This document shows positions 48,440 to 59,250 of a stretch of DNA of 64,000 nt, piece by piece. Position numbers and translations under genes: made by a program. Below the pieces are notes generated by a model, which was not told the DNA's origin, ran no database searches, and saw only the letters and a list, made by a program, of their open reading frames with translations. The DNA lies in the NCBI RefSeq assembly GCF_000143415.4, contig NW_003314293.1, positions 1,680,457 to 1,744,456 on the forward strand. The letters are read 5' to 3'. This stretch comes from Selaginella moellendorffii. Its lineage: Eukaryota; Plantae; Lycopodiophyta. Numbering within the stretch: position 1 is the first letter of the stretch; each line of letters opens with the position of its first letter.

Positions 48440-49310
48440 TTTCTACAAAATAGTGGCTACATCCATTTCCTGGAATCAGTGGTACAAGAGATCATAGACC
48501 AGGTCACTGTTCATTCAATGCAACGTGTATATACATTACTCAATGTCCCTTAGGGATTAATACAACAAAGATTCACTCATGGTGCTACTCTCTCAACAAA
48601 ACCATCGTGCTATCTCTTGCTTAATGGTGATCACTGCCTTCCAACTGAGGCTGCTGGGGTCGTCGCCTCTGCAAAGCGTTCAGTGCCAGATCACCTCGTT
48701 TTGCCTCCTTTACTACAGTGTTTAGTGATCTTCATTTCCATTTGACCCCTCCATTGTTTCATTCAAGAACAATTGTGTTAAACCGAAAAAAAAAAAGAGA
48801 AAGTTAATTAACCCTAGGCTGTAGAGAGAAGAAATAAGGTTGTAAACAGCTAGACCATCCTCTTTTCATATTGCCTCTGCAGAAAAACGTACACATAAGA
48901 ACCAAAAGAAGCCTCCAGGACGGGCCCCAGTTTCACGAAGCAACGCCTGCCATAAAATTAGCACCGGAAATCATCCCGACGAGACAAGCGGTGCCAGAGA
49001 TGCTCCGTGAAAAAGGATAAACTGGGAAAAAAAGAGAAGAGCATGAGAGAAACATTGGTGTACTCACTGCTCGTTATCTCCGGAGCAAGACTCCCAAACA
49101 TGGTCAGTGATCGTCTCGGCCATGCTGCTACGGAACTGTCGGAAAATCACTCCTCCTTGTATTTTACCCGGAAGAGCAACCCGGTGAGAATGATCACTCC
49201 AGTGGCAAGGATGAGGAATGGCGATGGCGTGCCTCCAGTGCTAAGTACATTCCTCCTCAAGTTCCCATCAAGCGAAGAATCAATTACGAGCGAAGCTTTC
49301 TTTCTTTTCT
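48440..49310. pseudogene. Rearranged partial duplicate of NOM1
   Basis: 48440-48520 and 48755-49170 match 46590-47180 in direct orientation. 49180-49310 matches 47260-47540 inverted, with deletions. Confidence 0.8.
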
Positions 49311-49384
49311 TTTAAGGGCGATAAACCACTGCCGCTGGAAATGCCCGCCCACCCCGCCCCAGAGCCAAGTGCTCAAGTCGTAAA

Positions 49385-50125
49385 TCAACACCTTCCCTTC
49401 AAAAAAAGATGACGAGATTGCCCTCTACGTGGATAGAACAACAATAAACGATTCCGACTGTGTAGCGCCCGGGATACACTAGTTTGATCAAGCATGGCTT
49501 CATAAAGCACTGCCGAGACTGTAACCAAGCCACCCTTGTCATCAACCATACCCATCAACTCCGCAGTCCCCCGACTCACGGTTGCCTCCTGCATACGCCC
49601 AGCCGCTTGCAAAGTATCGCTGGCCATTGTGCTCCCACAGCCTCGTGGTGCACAGTCCTGGGAGTGGTAAAACGCAGCGCAGGAAATCTCCATCTCGTTC
49701 AATCTTGTCCTCCAGGCCCGCTGTAATCCTCAGGTTGTGCACGACTTCCCCGGTGCTCCACCTGGCGCGGCCAAAGTCGTAAAATCCCAGGATGGTGAGA
49801 TCATAGAATCGAGTGGTGCTACTCTTGGGTCAGTGGATTGCCCACCACCATGTGGGCAACTCGTCATCAGAAGGATGGACGACCAACTTTGGCGTCCTGA
49901 CGATGCATACCAGGCCACCAGCAGAAGCAACGAGTTGTTGAGCGAAATGAAATTGTCGCGGTTTGCAAACTTCACGCTGTTGTTGGGCCGTGATGGATGG
50001 CAGCAGTCGCCGTGAGAGAAGGAGCTGGTCATAACCCGAGGTGATTCCTTGTCGCCACTGTTTTCGCACCACTGCCGGCCAAAGGATGGATTTGCTGATG
50101 ATGGACTTCCATGACTTACTAACGG
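49385..50125 (-). pseudogene. F-box family pseudogene fragment
   Basis: VSKSWKSIISK, QQLVASAGGLVCIV and RLWEHNGQRYFASGWAYAGG in shifted frames. Confidence 0.65.
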
Positions 50126-50199
50126 GAAAAAAAAATCGCTTTTGATCTATAGAAACTTTTCTAGATCAAGAAGAAAAAGTAGAAGACCAGAAGCTCGCC

Positions 50200-51466
50200 T
50201 CAGCTAAAGTCTATGATCGTAGCAAGACGTTCTCTAAGTTTCCTCTTTTTCTGTTTCTCCGAAGAAGTTAGTCGCCTCCTGTCATGGCCCGGGACTCCCA
50301 TGAATTTGTGACTCTTCGTTCTGAGCAGCCGCAGGATCACAAGCGTAAGAACTTACGCCAAGCCCAATCACAATGCTCACCTGAACTTAAACGATATGAA
50401 CCTCTTCGTTGGCTTGTGCTTCTCGAGTAGCTCCGCCGTCTTATTCGTGAAACCGAGCTTCTCATAAATCTTCCCGATCCTGATTATTGTCGCTGGGTCC
50501 GGCCTCGTTCCTGAAAGCTCCAGCTCTTTAAACATCTACGACCACAAAACAAACGCGTCACCACCACGATCGCAAAACGTTTCGTATACCTACCTTGATA
50601 GCTTTGTCTGGCAATGCTCGCCGATCATACATCGTGATCATTCGAGCATACATAACTCTGGGGACGCTCTCTTGTTTCGTCACCACAAAAGTATGCCAGA
50701 TGTGCTCAACCTCGTCCACCCTGCCATCAATGTCCAAAGCCCGGAGGAGACATCCATAAGTGTTCATTGTAAAGCCATGGCCTTTGCTAAACATCCACTT
50801 GATCACCTGTGACGTTTTTCCAGTCAGATAGAACAGAGAACTCACAGAACTTACGTGAATAACTCTGCGCCATTGTTTCAGCCGGAAGAGCCTGTGAGTG
50901 GCCATCTTGATTGTATGCAGAGGAAATCTTAGCTCCCAGGCAATCCATGTATCGCAAGCGGCCCAAATCTCCTCTTTGACATCGGGCAGTGGCAAAACCT
51001 GTGCACGAAGTTCTGAAAGATCCAGAAGAAATAAAAAGAAAAATAGAGAGTGAAGAACTTACTGCATCCACCAAGTCCCGTGCTCTTTGCATCTTAGTTC
51101 TTCTCGGGAGCACATCATAAGGCGCTTTAGTTCTTTCATTCGGAACTTCATTCTGCCTGCTCTGGAAAAAATCGTAGTTCAATCAATCAGATCTAACTCC
51201 ACACGCCCCGAAAGCATCGAAACTTACTTCCAACTTGCCACATTCTCCAGCGCCAGAACCTTGTTCGTCGTAGGCCCAAGCCGGAGCTTCTTGTGCCTCA
51301 CAAAGATCAAGCTGTGCTTCGCGTCTTGACGCCGGGCAAGAAAATCGCGCACGCACGGCGCGCTGCTCTCAACGCCGAATAGAGCGCAGCTGGAGAGGCC
51401 CCGCGATCGAAAGCCAGATATCCCAGCTCGCGCAGCAGCGGCATTCCGCCATAGCCACTGTCTCAT
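50200..51466 (-). CDS. Small intron-containing PPR protein, probably organelle-targeted
   Basis: KEEIWAACDTWIAWELRFPL, QWRRVIHVIKWMFSKGHGFTMNTYGCLLRALD, FKELELSGTRPD. The 3' end is either the stop at 50377 or, with one more intron, 50200. Confidence 0.8.
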
Positions 51467-51770
51467 GAAAGAACCCTAAATCTAGCACAAAGGGACGAAT
51501 ATCCCTCTCGTTTGTTTTTAAATTTAGCGCCAACTTTGCCGTTCGAGCATGTTGTCAGAAATTCCGAGAACAAATTAGCGCCAGAAATCTCAAAGAACAC
51601 TGGGGCGATTTAATTCAGCATTGTCAATTTCTTTGCAAGTAATTACAAGATTTATCCAAGAGAGGATGCAATTGAGCCAGAAAATAACGAAGTGTTGGGC
51701 GACGATTAAGAAACAAGCATGAATGGCAAGAAAAAAAAATCAATAGAAGCAAAACCACCATAGCTCCACC

Positions 51771-52544
51771 CTAGTTTCCAACTGGATCTGGCCCCTCCGG
51801 AACGCTATGGAACACGGTTCCAAAGTTGTGGAGTGGATTCGGACCCGCTGGAACCAAGTGAAGATCGATCTCGTCGTGGACGGGGCTGGGACCGGACGGA
51901 GGCGATGGCGTAACCTTGGGCTTGGAGACGACGAACTGGCCTTCTCCATTGTGAACTGGGCTCGGACCGGCCGGAGGAGATGGCGTTGTGCGGGGCTTGG
52001 AGACGACGAACGGGCCTTCTCCATTGTGAACTGGGCTCGGACCGGCCGGAGGAGATGGCGTTGTGCGGGGCTTGGAGACGACGAACGGGCCTTCTCCATT
52101 GTGGACTGGGCTGGGACCGGCCGGAGGAGATGGCGTTGTGCGGGGCTTGGAGACGACGAACGGGCCCTCTCCATTGTGGACTGGGCTCGGACCGGCCGGA
52201 GGAGATGGCGTTGTGCGGGGCTTGGAGACGACGAACTGGCCCTCTCCATTGTGGACTGGGCTCGGACCGGCCGGAGGAGATGGCGTCCGGGGCTTCGAGA
52301 CCTCAAACTGCGATCCACCGTTACCACCAGGGCTGGGACCGGTTGGCGGAGAGATGAATTCCATTGCCACCTCGTCCAGATCCTTCGAGTTCCCGCCCGG
52401 ATTAGGCCCCGTTGGTGGCGAGAGCAAAACCACATCGTCGAGACGCTGGATCATCCTGGAGGAGTCGACCACCACCGCGGCCATGAGAGCAGCGACGAGC
52501 AGCAGCAGCAGCATTTTGTTGGTCAAGGACGCGATCAAGGCCAT
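51771..52544 (-). CDS. Secreted multi-domain CLE/IDA-like peptide precursor (10 dodecapeptide motifs)
   Basis: ATG at 52544 and a signal peptide, then LSPPTGPNPGGN, ISPPTGPSPGGN, PSPPAGPSPVHN x5, PSPPSGPSPVHD, HLVPAGPNPLHN, HSVPEGPDPVGN*. TATATAAA upstream near 52665-52672. Confidence 0.85.
   Translation of the reverse strand: MALIASLTNKMLLLLLVAALMAAVVVDSSRMIQRLDDVVLLSPPTGPNPGGNSKDLDEVAMEFISPPTGPSPGGNGGSQFEVSKPRTPSPPAGPSPVHNGEGQFVVSKPRTTPSPPAGPSPVHNGEGPFVVSKPRTTPSPPAGPSPVHNGEGPFVVSKPRTTPSPPAGPSPVHNGEGPFVVSKPRTTPSPPAGPSPVHNGEGQFVVSKPKVTPSPPSGPSPVHDEIDLHLVPAGPNPLHNFGTVFHSVPEGPDPVGN
51880..52320. repeat. Coding tandem repeat, 75-bp unit, about 6 copies
   Basis: Near-identical GGGCTTGGAGACGACGAAC...CTCCATTGTG...GGACCGGCCGGAGGAGATGGCG units, each encoding 25 aa. 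Confidence 0.95.
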
Positions 52545-52865
52545 TGCGATTGTAGTAAACTCTTCCACGAAGATTGGAGCGAGGGATCCCCGAAGAACTT
52601 CCCAAAAGGATTGATCAGAGAACTACTGCGCCGTGATCTGTGCTTGACACTCTTGTATAAAGTGTTTATATACCCGGGCCTCGATGTGCCAAGCATGGAA
52701 GCTACGCCATATCCAGCTCCGCCTCCGCACCTTTTGAGGACGAGGTATATCGTCTCATCAAAAATAACGCGAGATCGTCTTATTGTGAATTAAGAGAATA
52801 TCGGTCAACGATCTTGCTCGCCCTAGCGAGTCAAAGGACGGTCAAAACGGGGGACTTTCGGAAAT

Positions 52866-52937
52866 GCCTTTATAGCTCAGTGGTAGAGCGTCAGTCTTGT
52901 AAACTGAAGGCCTGGAGTTCAATCCTCCATGGAGGCA
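52866..52937 (+). tRNA. tRNA-Thr (UGU)
   Basis: GCCTTTATAGCTCAGTGGTAGAGCGTCAGTCTTGTAAACTGAAGGCCTGGAGTTCAATCCTCCATGGAGGCA forms a cloverleaf with anticodon TGT, followed by TTTT. Confidence 0.92.
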
Positions 52938-53004
52938 TTTACTAAAAAGACCCTTTGGCTAGTCAAAGAGTCAATGGTAGTCAACTGAGTCTTTTCGTGC
53001 AAAT

Positions 53005-53076
53005 GCCTTTATACCTCAGTGGTAGAGCGTCAGTCTTGTAAACTCAAGGTCTGGAGTTCAATCCTCCGTGAAGGCA
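53005..53076 (+). pseudogene. Second, degenerate tRNA-Thr (UGU) copy
   Basis: Same sequence with G10>C (D-stem mismatch), a C:C mismatch in the anticodon stem, and no immediate T-run. Confidence 0.7.
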
Positions 53077-53233
53077 GGGAAAAAGTCCTTTTCATTTATT
53101 TTAGTACGTTTTGCCTAGTCCCGGGTTCGAATCCGGGCCACAAGTCTAGAAAAGGCCGAGATAAGGAAAGCGTTCGTACTAAGAGAGGCGTTGTTAGGGT
53201 TGCAAGGGTAGGGAAAGAGAGAGAGCGAGGAGG

Positions 53234-53820
53234 ATGTCGACCAAGGTAAAGCTCCGCAGCAGCGATGGCGAGATGTTTGAGGTGGACGAGGCCGTGGCGC
53301 TCGAGTCCCAGACGGTGAAGAACATGATCGAGGACACTGGGTCGGACGCGCCGATACCCTTGCCCAACGTCCCAAGCAAGATCCTGGCCAAGGTGATCGA
53401 GTACTCCAAGTACCACGTCGATGCCCAGAAGAGCGGCGACGACTCCAAGGTCGTGCCCACCGAGGAGGAGATCAAGGCCTGGGACGCCGAGTTCGTCAAG
53501 GTCGATCAGGCGACGCTCTTCGACCTCATCCTGGTAGGATTTCTTCGTTCGATTTCTTCCCCCCTTTTTCTCTCGCTTTTCTCGTTTTGGGTCTTGAGCT
53601 TTCGACTGACAATCGATTTGGGTGATCTGGTTTTGCGTTGTTCCAGGCCGCGAACTATCTCAACATCCGGAACTTGCTGGATCTGACGTGCCAAACCGTG
53701 GCGGACATGATCAAGGGCAAGACCCCGGAGGAGATCCGCAAGACTTTCAACATCAAGAACGATTTCACGCCCGAGGAAGAGGAGGAGGTCCGGCGGGAGA
53801 ACCAGTGGGCGTTCGAGTAA
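53234..53820 (+). CDS. SKP1: SKP1; intron 53534-53646
   Basis: [74 protein letters not shown]. Confidence 0.97.
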
Positions 53821-54564
53821 GAGAGGAGAAAACAAAGGATTCGCGTTTTAGCGTCGTCGGCGTCTATCTCCACCTCTCTCTCTCTCTCCTCCCTCTGTTT
53901 GTTTGCTTCCTATTGAACGAAAGGTTTTGTTATGGCTTAAAAATTGTGTAAAAGTTAATTCCTTTAAATATTTGGCCGGTTATTATGAATATACTCTTTT
54001 TTGGGAGTATGCGGATCTCTCTAACTTAAAGTTAAGTTTTGTTCGTTCGAAACTTAAAAGTTAAGTTTACGCTACAGAGATTCGAACCCTGGAAATAATT
54101 GGGTTAAATAATTTTCCGGTTAAGCTTTTAACTTGTACTTAACAGTTAAGTTTATGCTAGTGAGATTCGAACCCTGGCCGGATGGGCTGGAAGGAATCGA
54201 ACCCGCGACGTTTGACTAGTTCTTCTACGTGTAAGCTATTTTGCCCCTTCTATTTTTTCTGTGCGCGTAAGAACGCGGTTTCACGGGCCATCGCCAGGGA
54301 CGACTGTGGAGGGCGTGCGCAGCGATCTATCATCACCTCCGGCAGCTCGATCTACGATTTCCAGGGTAGCCGCCGCTTTGCGCGTCGATTTCTAAGCTCA
54401 GGTGAGATCTTCCAGATCTACAAACCCTTGCTCGGTAGAATCTTAGCTCTTTGTGCTTGGCCGCAAGTGCATTCCATTCTAGTGCCGGTTTTCTTGAGAT
54501 TCTCTTCGCAGAGGGCTAAAAATCTGGTGGTGTCTTGCAGTGTGGAATTTGGAAGCCGGGCACA

Positions 54565-55629
54565 CTGGCGACCTTCTGGAACTTGCCGGACGAGCCGGTA
54601 GATCACAAGGCGGTGGATTGGAAATGGCGAGGCACTCCCTCGCTCCAATCGCTCCAGGCTTTCAAGCAGCACCACCAGGCGCAGCTACCAGTCCTGGGCA
54701 AGCAAAAGTTTGACCCCAAGCCGCGGATCACTGTCAACGAGGTGAAGAAAGTGGCCAGCGATCTCAAGCGCGGTGGTGGTGTCGGACTCGGGAATCCAAA
54801 GCAGTCGTTCCTCGAGCAGAAGCAAGCGAATCTAGAGAAGCAGCAGGGATCCTCGGGGCTTGACAAGCGTTTCAAGACGCTTCCACCGTCGGAGATGCTA
54901 CCACGGAATGAAACGCTTGGTGGCTATATCTTTGTTTGCAACAATGATACCATGCAAGAGGACCTCAAGCGCCAGCTCTTTGGTAAGTCCTCTCTCGTTA
55001 TTTCTCTGTCTTTCTTCGTAGCTATGACTGAAAGCTTGTTTTTTTTTCTTTTGCGCTTTCAGGCTTGCCTCAAAGGTACCGTGACTCTGTTCGTGCTATC
55101 CAGCCGGGCCTGCCTTTGTTTCTTTACAACTATACTACGCACCAGCTTCACGGGGTGTACGAGGTAAAGCTACCTCTCTCGCAGGATTTGTGACACTCAT
55201 GTTGATGGCGAGTCCAAACTTTTGCGTGACTCTACAGGCTGCGAGTTTTGGGGGCTCAAACATAGATCCTACTGCGTGGGAAGACAAGAAGTGTCGTGGA
55301 GAATCTCGGTTCCCTGCACAGGTTTGTCTTCACTTCTTTCTCATTTGCTTCTCGAGCGTGTGTGAGGATCCGGGCTTAACTTTCTCTCGCTTTGTCCTCT
55401 CCAGGTTCGCATAAGAGTTAGAATGAACTACAAGCCTCTGGAGGAGGATGCTTTCCGCCCCGTGCTCCATCACTACGACGGTCCCAAGTTTCGTCTCCAA
55501 TTGTCCGTCCCAGAGGTGTGCTGTCCTCTCTCGGCTCTTGATTTTGTTTCTCATCCCTTTGGTTTGTTCTTTCGTCGGTTGCAGACGTTGATGCTGCTAG
55601 ATCTCTTCTCAGACAAAGGCTCGGCTTGA
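54565..55629 (+). CDS. DCD (development and cell death; B2/NRP) domain protein, multi-exon, putative CUG start
   Basis: KRFKTLPPSEMLPRNETLGGYIFVCNNDTMQEDLKRQLFG, AASFGGSNIDPTAWEDKKCRGESRFPAQ, PLEEDAFRPVLHHYDGPKFRLQLS. The start position is inferred. Confidence 0.85.
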
Positions 55630-56122
55630 TCATATATGTCTACGCTACTTATTCGCTACTAGATAAAACAGAACCAAGGCACCGGTTGCTAAAAGTATGC
55701 GAGGAAGCCATGGGAAAAAGCTTGTTTTTTTGCCCTCACTCTTGATGGCCAAGACGAAGAAGCGCTACACGGATGGTGTAAGATATTTGCTAAGTGTGTA
55801 TAAACAAAACAAATGGTAAATAAAAGCGCTCGTTTTATGGAATCGATGACATCGCCATCGCCATCTCTCTGCGTTAGTTGTGGTGTTGCGCAAAGATTTG
55901 GTTTTGTGGAAGAGCTTTTCTCGAAGATCGTTTGCTTCCGTGGTGCTGATGCTTTTTTTTTTTTTTCAATCAGAAATGGGGCCCCGTGCAGCATTGCGAG
56001 GGCAGGTGTTGGATTTGGATTGTAATGTGGCGTGCCAAAGGCGGTGCCACATTCACTTCCAACTGTTTAAAAGATTTTATTTCGCGTTCCGCGGATCACG
56101 GAAGAACGACTAAAGTGTTAAT

Positions 56123-56194
56123 GGGCATCTGGTCTAGTGGTATGATTCTCGCTTAGGGTGCGAGAGGTCCCGAGTTCAATTCTCGGAATGCCCC
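56123..56194 (+). tRNA. tRNA-Pro (AGG)
   Basis: Identical to the copy at 16100-16171 except T7>C, which gives a C7:A66 mismatch in the acceptor stem. Confidence 0.9.
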
Positions 56195-56449
56195 ATTCGT
56201 TTAGAATAAATTTCATCGTGTTTTAGAAGATCGAGCAGTGGTTGCAAGCATAAACTGTTTATGTTTGTCACCATAAAATTCCCTCCTGACACATAAAGTT
56301 CTAGAATGGAACGGTTCCTTCTATAGGTTGATGCCGTGTTTGATTTCTCCAAACTTTTCTGAAGCAGAGAAGCTAGGGAGAAGCTACCACAATCTGGAGC
56401 GACATGGAGAAGCTACGAGAGCGAAGCTCAACCGCAACAACACAGCTTG

Positions 56450-59250
56450 CAGCATGTCTCATCAATTGCATCGAGGTGGCAGCAAAGTCATTGTTATCAC
56501 CATAAAAACTTCACAAAAGCACCGACGTTTTCCATGCTGCCCAAGCGTGTTCGAATAGAAAGTCGAGAAATGAGCTCGACGCACACTAAGAGGTAATCTT
56601 CACAGCAACACCCGCCCACCCGCCCAATCTGCCAACAGATCAGGTCAAAGACAAAGAGCGCACAATCTTTTGATGCCTGGCATACACTCGCCTGCAACTC
56701 TCCTTCCCCGAACTCCGCTTCATAACCTCCTTGCTTGGGACTTTCTCGACCGAAACGGCTGGAAGCACTTCCTCCGATGCCTAACAGAACCATTCTCAGC
56801 GTAAGCGCTTGACTGCAAGACTGATCTCCGTCACACCAACTCCAGTCATCATTGACACCAGCCAGTCATCGCCTCAATACAAAATCGGAAAGGTCCAATG
56901 CCCCACCGGGCGCCGCAGTGACCATAACATCTCTCTCTCTCTCCCTCTCTTTACAAGAAACATCCGTAAGTGTAACTGTTGACCTATAGAATTTCCCATC
57001 ACGAGAAGAGTTGGCCTCGGAAAGCCCCAGTCCATCGCCCAATCCGTGAGCGTGAGGCATGGTACCTTTGGATGCTCTCCGCTCCTGGATGTTAGTGATG
57101 GACAAGGCAAAATATATCTTGCCCGGTCAATCTAGAAAGTTTAAACCTACTTTGTGATGGTATTCCGCGGACGAAGACATCTCAGACTTGCACTGCCAAA
57201 ATCATCAAAGATACTCCATGTAAACATTCAGCATTGCTCCATGTAAACATTCAGGTAAAAGGATGGCTAGGTGGCTCCCGAAAAAGAAATAATAGGCAAC
57301 CTGTCATCGATGGCTATAACCCGGAGCCCTCGTTCCAGAGGTGATGGGATGATACAAACGTTCCTGTTTGATTGGCACATGGTACATTTCAATAGCGACG
57401 TACCAAAACCTTTGGAACATTGATGGGAAGTTTTGCTATATCTTGGTCTGCAAGGTAAGCATCAAAAACATTACAGCACGGACCTAGAAAGCTTACAAAC
57501 TTGGAAAACCTTACAAGTTACAGCAAGCGGGTAGAAAACCCGAAGCTTCGATTTGCAGAGCCACATCACTGCGTGCTCAATGCAAACCATCACAGCTTCG
57601 GTATGAGGTATCAGCGACTGCTGATCTGGCCTCCTAGAACTGGAGAGTCGTTAATTCCCCTGAGCAGCTATGGTGCCACAACGAGTGCCACGACATCATG
57701 GCTGGGTCAAAGTCCAACAACTCCTGGAGCCATAGTGGACGAATTCCACTCACGGTAGGCTTGAAGAATGGCGTTCATCGATGATGCACTCGCCTTATTA
57801 CGCCAATGTGCTCAGCTCGGACGGAGATGGCCAACGTATGGTAAGGTCTCTTTTGGGATCCGGCAACTGCCAGCCGAGTTTTCGGCAAGATCATGGCGGC
57901 AGGAGGCGATTGTCACTCGCAGCAGTTTTCTTCCAGAGATTGAGCGTCCACTGATGTCAACTATAGCTTCGTCTTCGGGGTAAGAGCCGGATCATAGAAA
58001 AAAGAAAAAAACGAAACGAAACAAAGATTGATGTCTCATCCTCGAGGACTTTTATCTTCTACTGGGGCCAGAGTTCTTCATTGTGAACATTTAATCTCAC
58101 GTCAGAGGGCGCACATCCCTTGTTTGCAACGATCCCATAAACTGGCCCTCACTCTCTGGCTCTGGATTGGAGACCACTGTGTCTGTGATTTTCCCTCTCT
58201 ACCATGAAGTTATTTTCGGACTTGGTGTAGAGAAGCCTGTCGTGAAACTCTGCTCTGCGAACACCATAAGCAAAGGACAGAAAACACAAAGAGTGATCTA
58301 AGCGATGAGATCCCCGAGCCAATGGTGGCGATCGACAAGCATTTGCCCGCAAATAAAACCTTCTTAAATGCGTGTTCTCGTCTTACCGAGCAAAAAAGAA
58401 AGAAAAGACAAGATGCAACTCCTTGTAGTAACCTCAAACGTCCCTGGAAACGTCCCTGGAGTAGATCAATGCAGCAAGCCGCCTGTACATCCGCGGTGTT
58501 TCACTGAACTTGAAATCACATAAATCGTCTTCCACGCCCTCCTCAAACTCAATCTTGTCAACCTCGACATCAGGACGGGGAGCCTCCCTCGGTTTTCGTG
58601 ATGGGGTAACGTACCTTCGCGTAACACTTGAAGAAGGCCGGGCAAGTCTCGGGCAAGTCGTTAGGCGCCGGATGCTGAAGAGACAGCCCATGGTTTTGCA
58701 CCTGCAATCAAACGTGATTAAATTACGAAACCATTGGAAATCTTTTCGAGTTCCAAAATAACTGACTTCGCTTTAGAAGAGAACCTCCCATCCAAGTTCC
58801 AGATCACAATGAGGGAGACAACGCTGATAGGCATGCACCAGTGGTTCCGCCGGTGGCACTGCCATTTGCCTGAGCTCCTCAACTGAAACATCCCAAATTC
58901 TCGAGCTTTAGCTAGATCATCCAAAAACCAATCAAGAACTTACAAGTTGTCGGGCATCCAACATAAAGTGGTAGCTTGGACGCACTTAGCCAGAGCCGGA
59001 CTACTTGGACCCTTATATCCAAGTTCTCCTCAAACGTGAGGAATGCGCATGGTTCCATGAGCCACGCGGGGATGAGATTCCTTGACAGAAACAGTGTCAC
59101 TTTGGCTAGCTTCCTCGCTGGCGAGGCCAAGATTGAAGTCGAGTGGGCAGTTCACTCGTCCCTCGTCATAGGCCTCGAGCAGAAAATCGAGATCCCTGGG
59201 CATCCCAGCAGTGGTGGGGGCACAAGCAGATTGTAGAGCCATCCATGGCC
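56450..59250 (-). pseudogene. Unidentified spliced-looking decayed gene
   Basis: Gene-like GC content with several minus-strand splice signals (e.g. GTAAGT at 58943, TTGCAG near 58702), but stops in all frames and no recognised domain. Confidence 0.3.

Noticed and set aside
51880-52320. Possible CRISPR array
   Set aside because: Head-to-tail units without unique spacers, in frame within a eukaryotic gene.
51807-52793. 328-aa Arg/Trp-rich repeat ORF and other plus-strand ORFs over the 75-bp array
   Set aside because: Antisense shadows of the repeat. The minus-strand frame has the signal peptide, TATA box and recognisable motifs.
54182-54601. ATG at 54182 as the DCD start
   Set aside because: It is out of frame with the DCD ORF whether spliced or unspliced, and it overlaps a tRNA-like relic.
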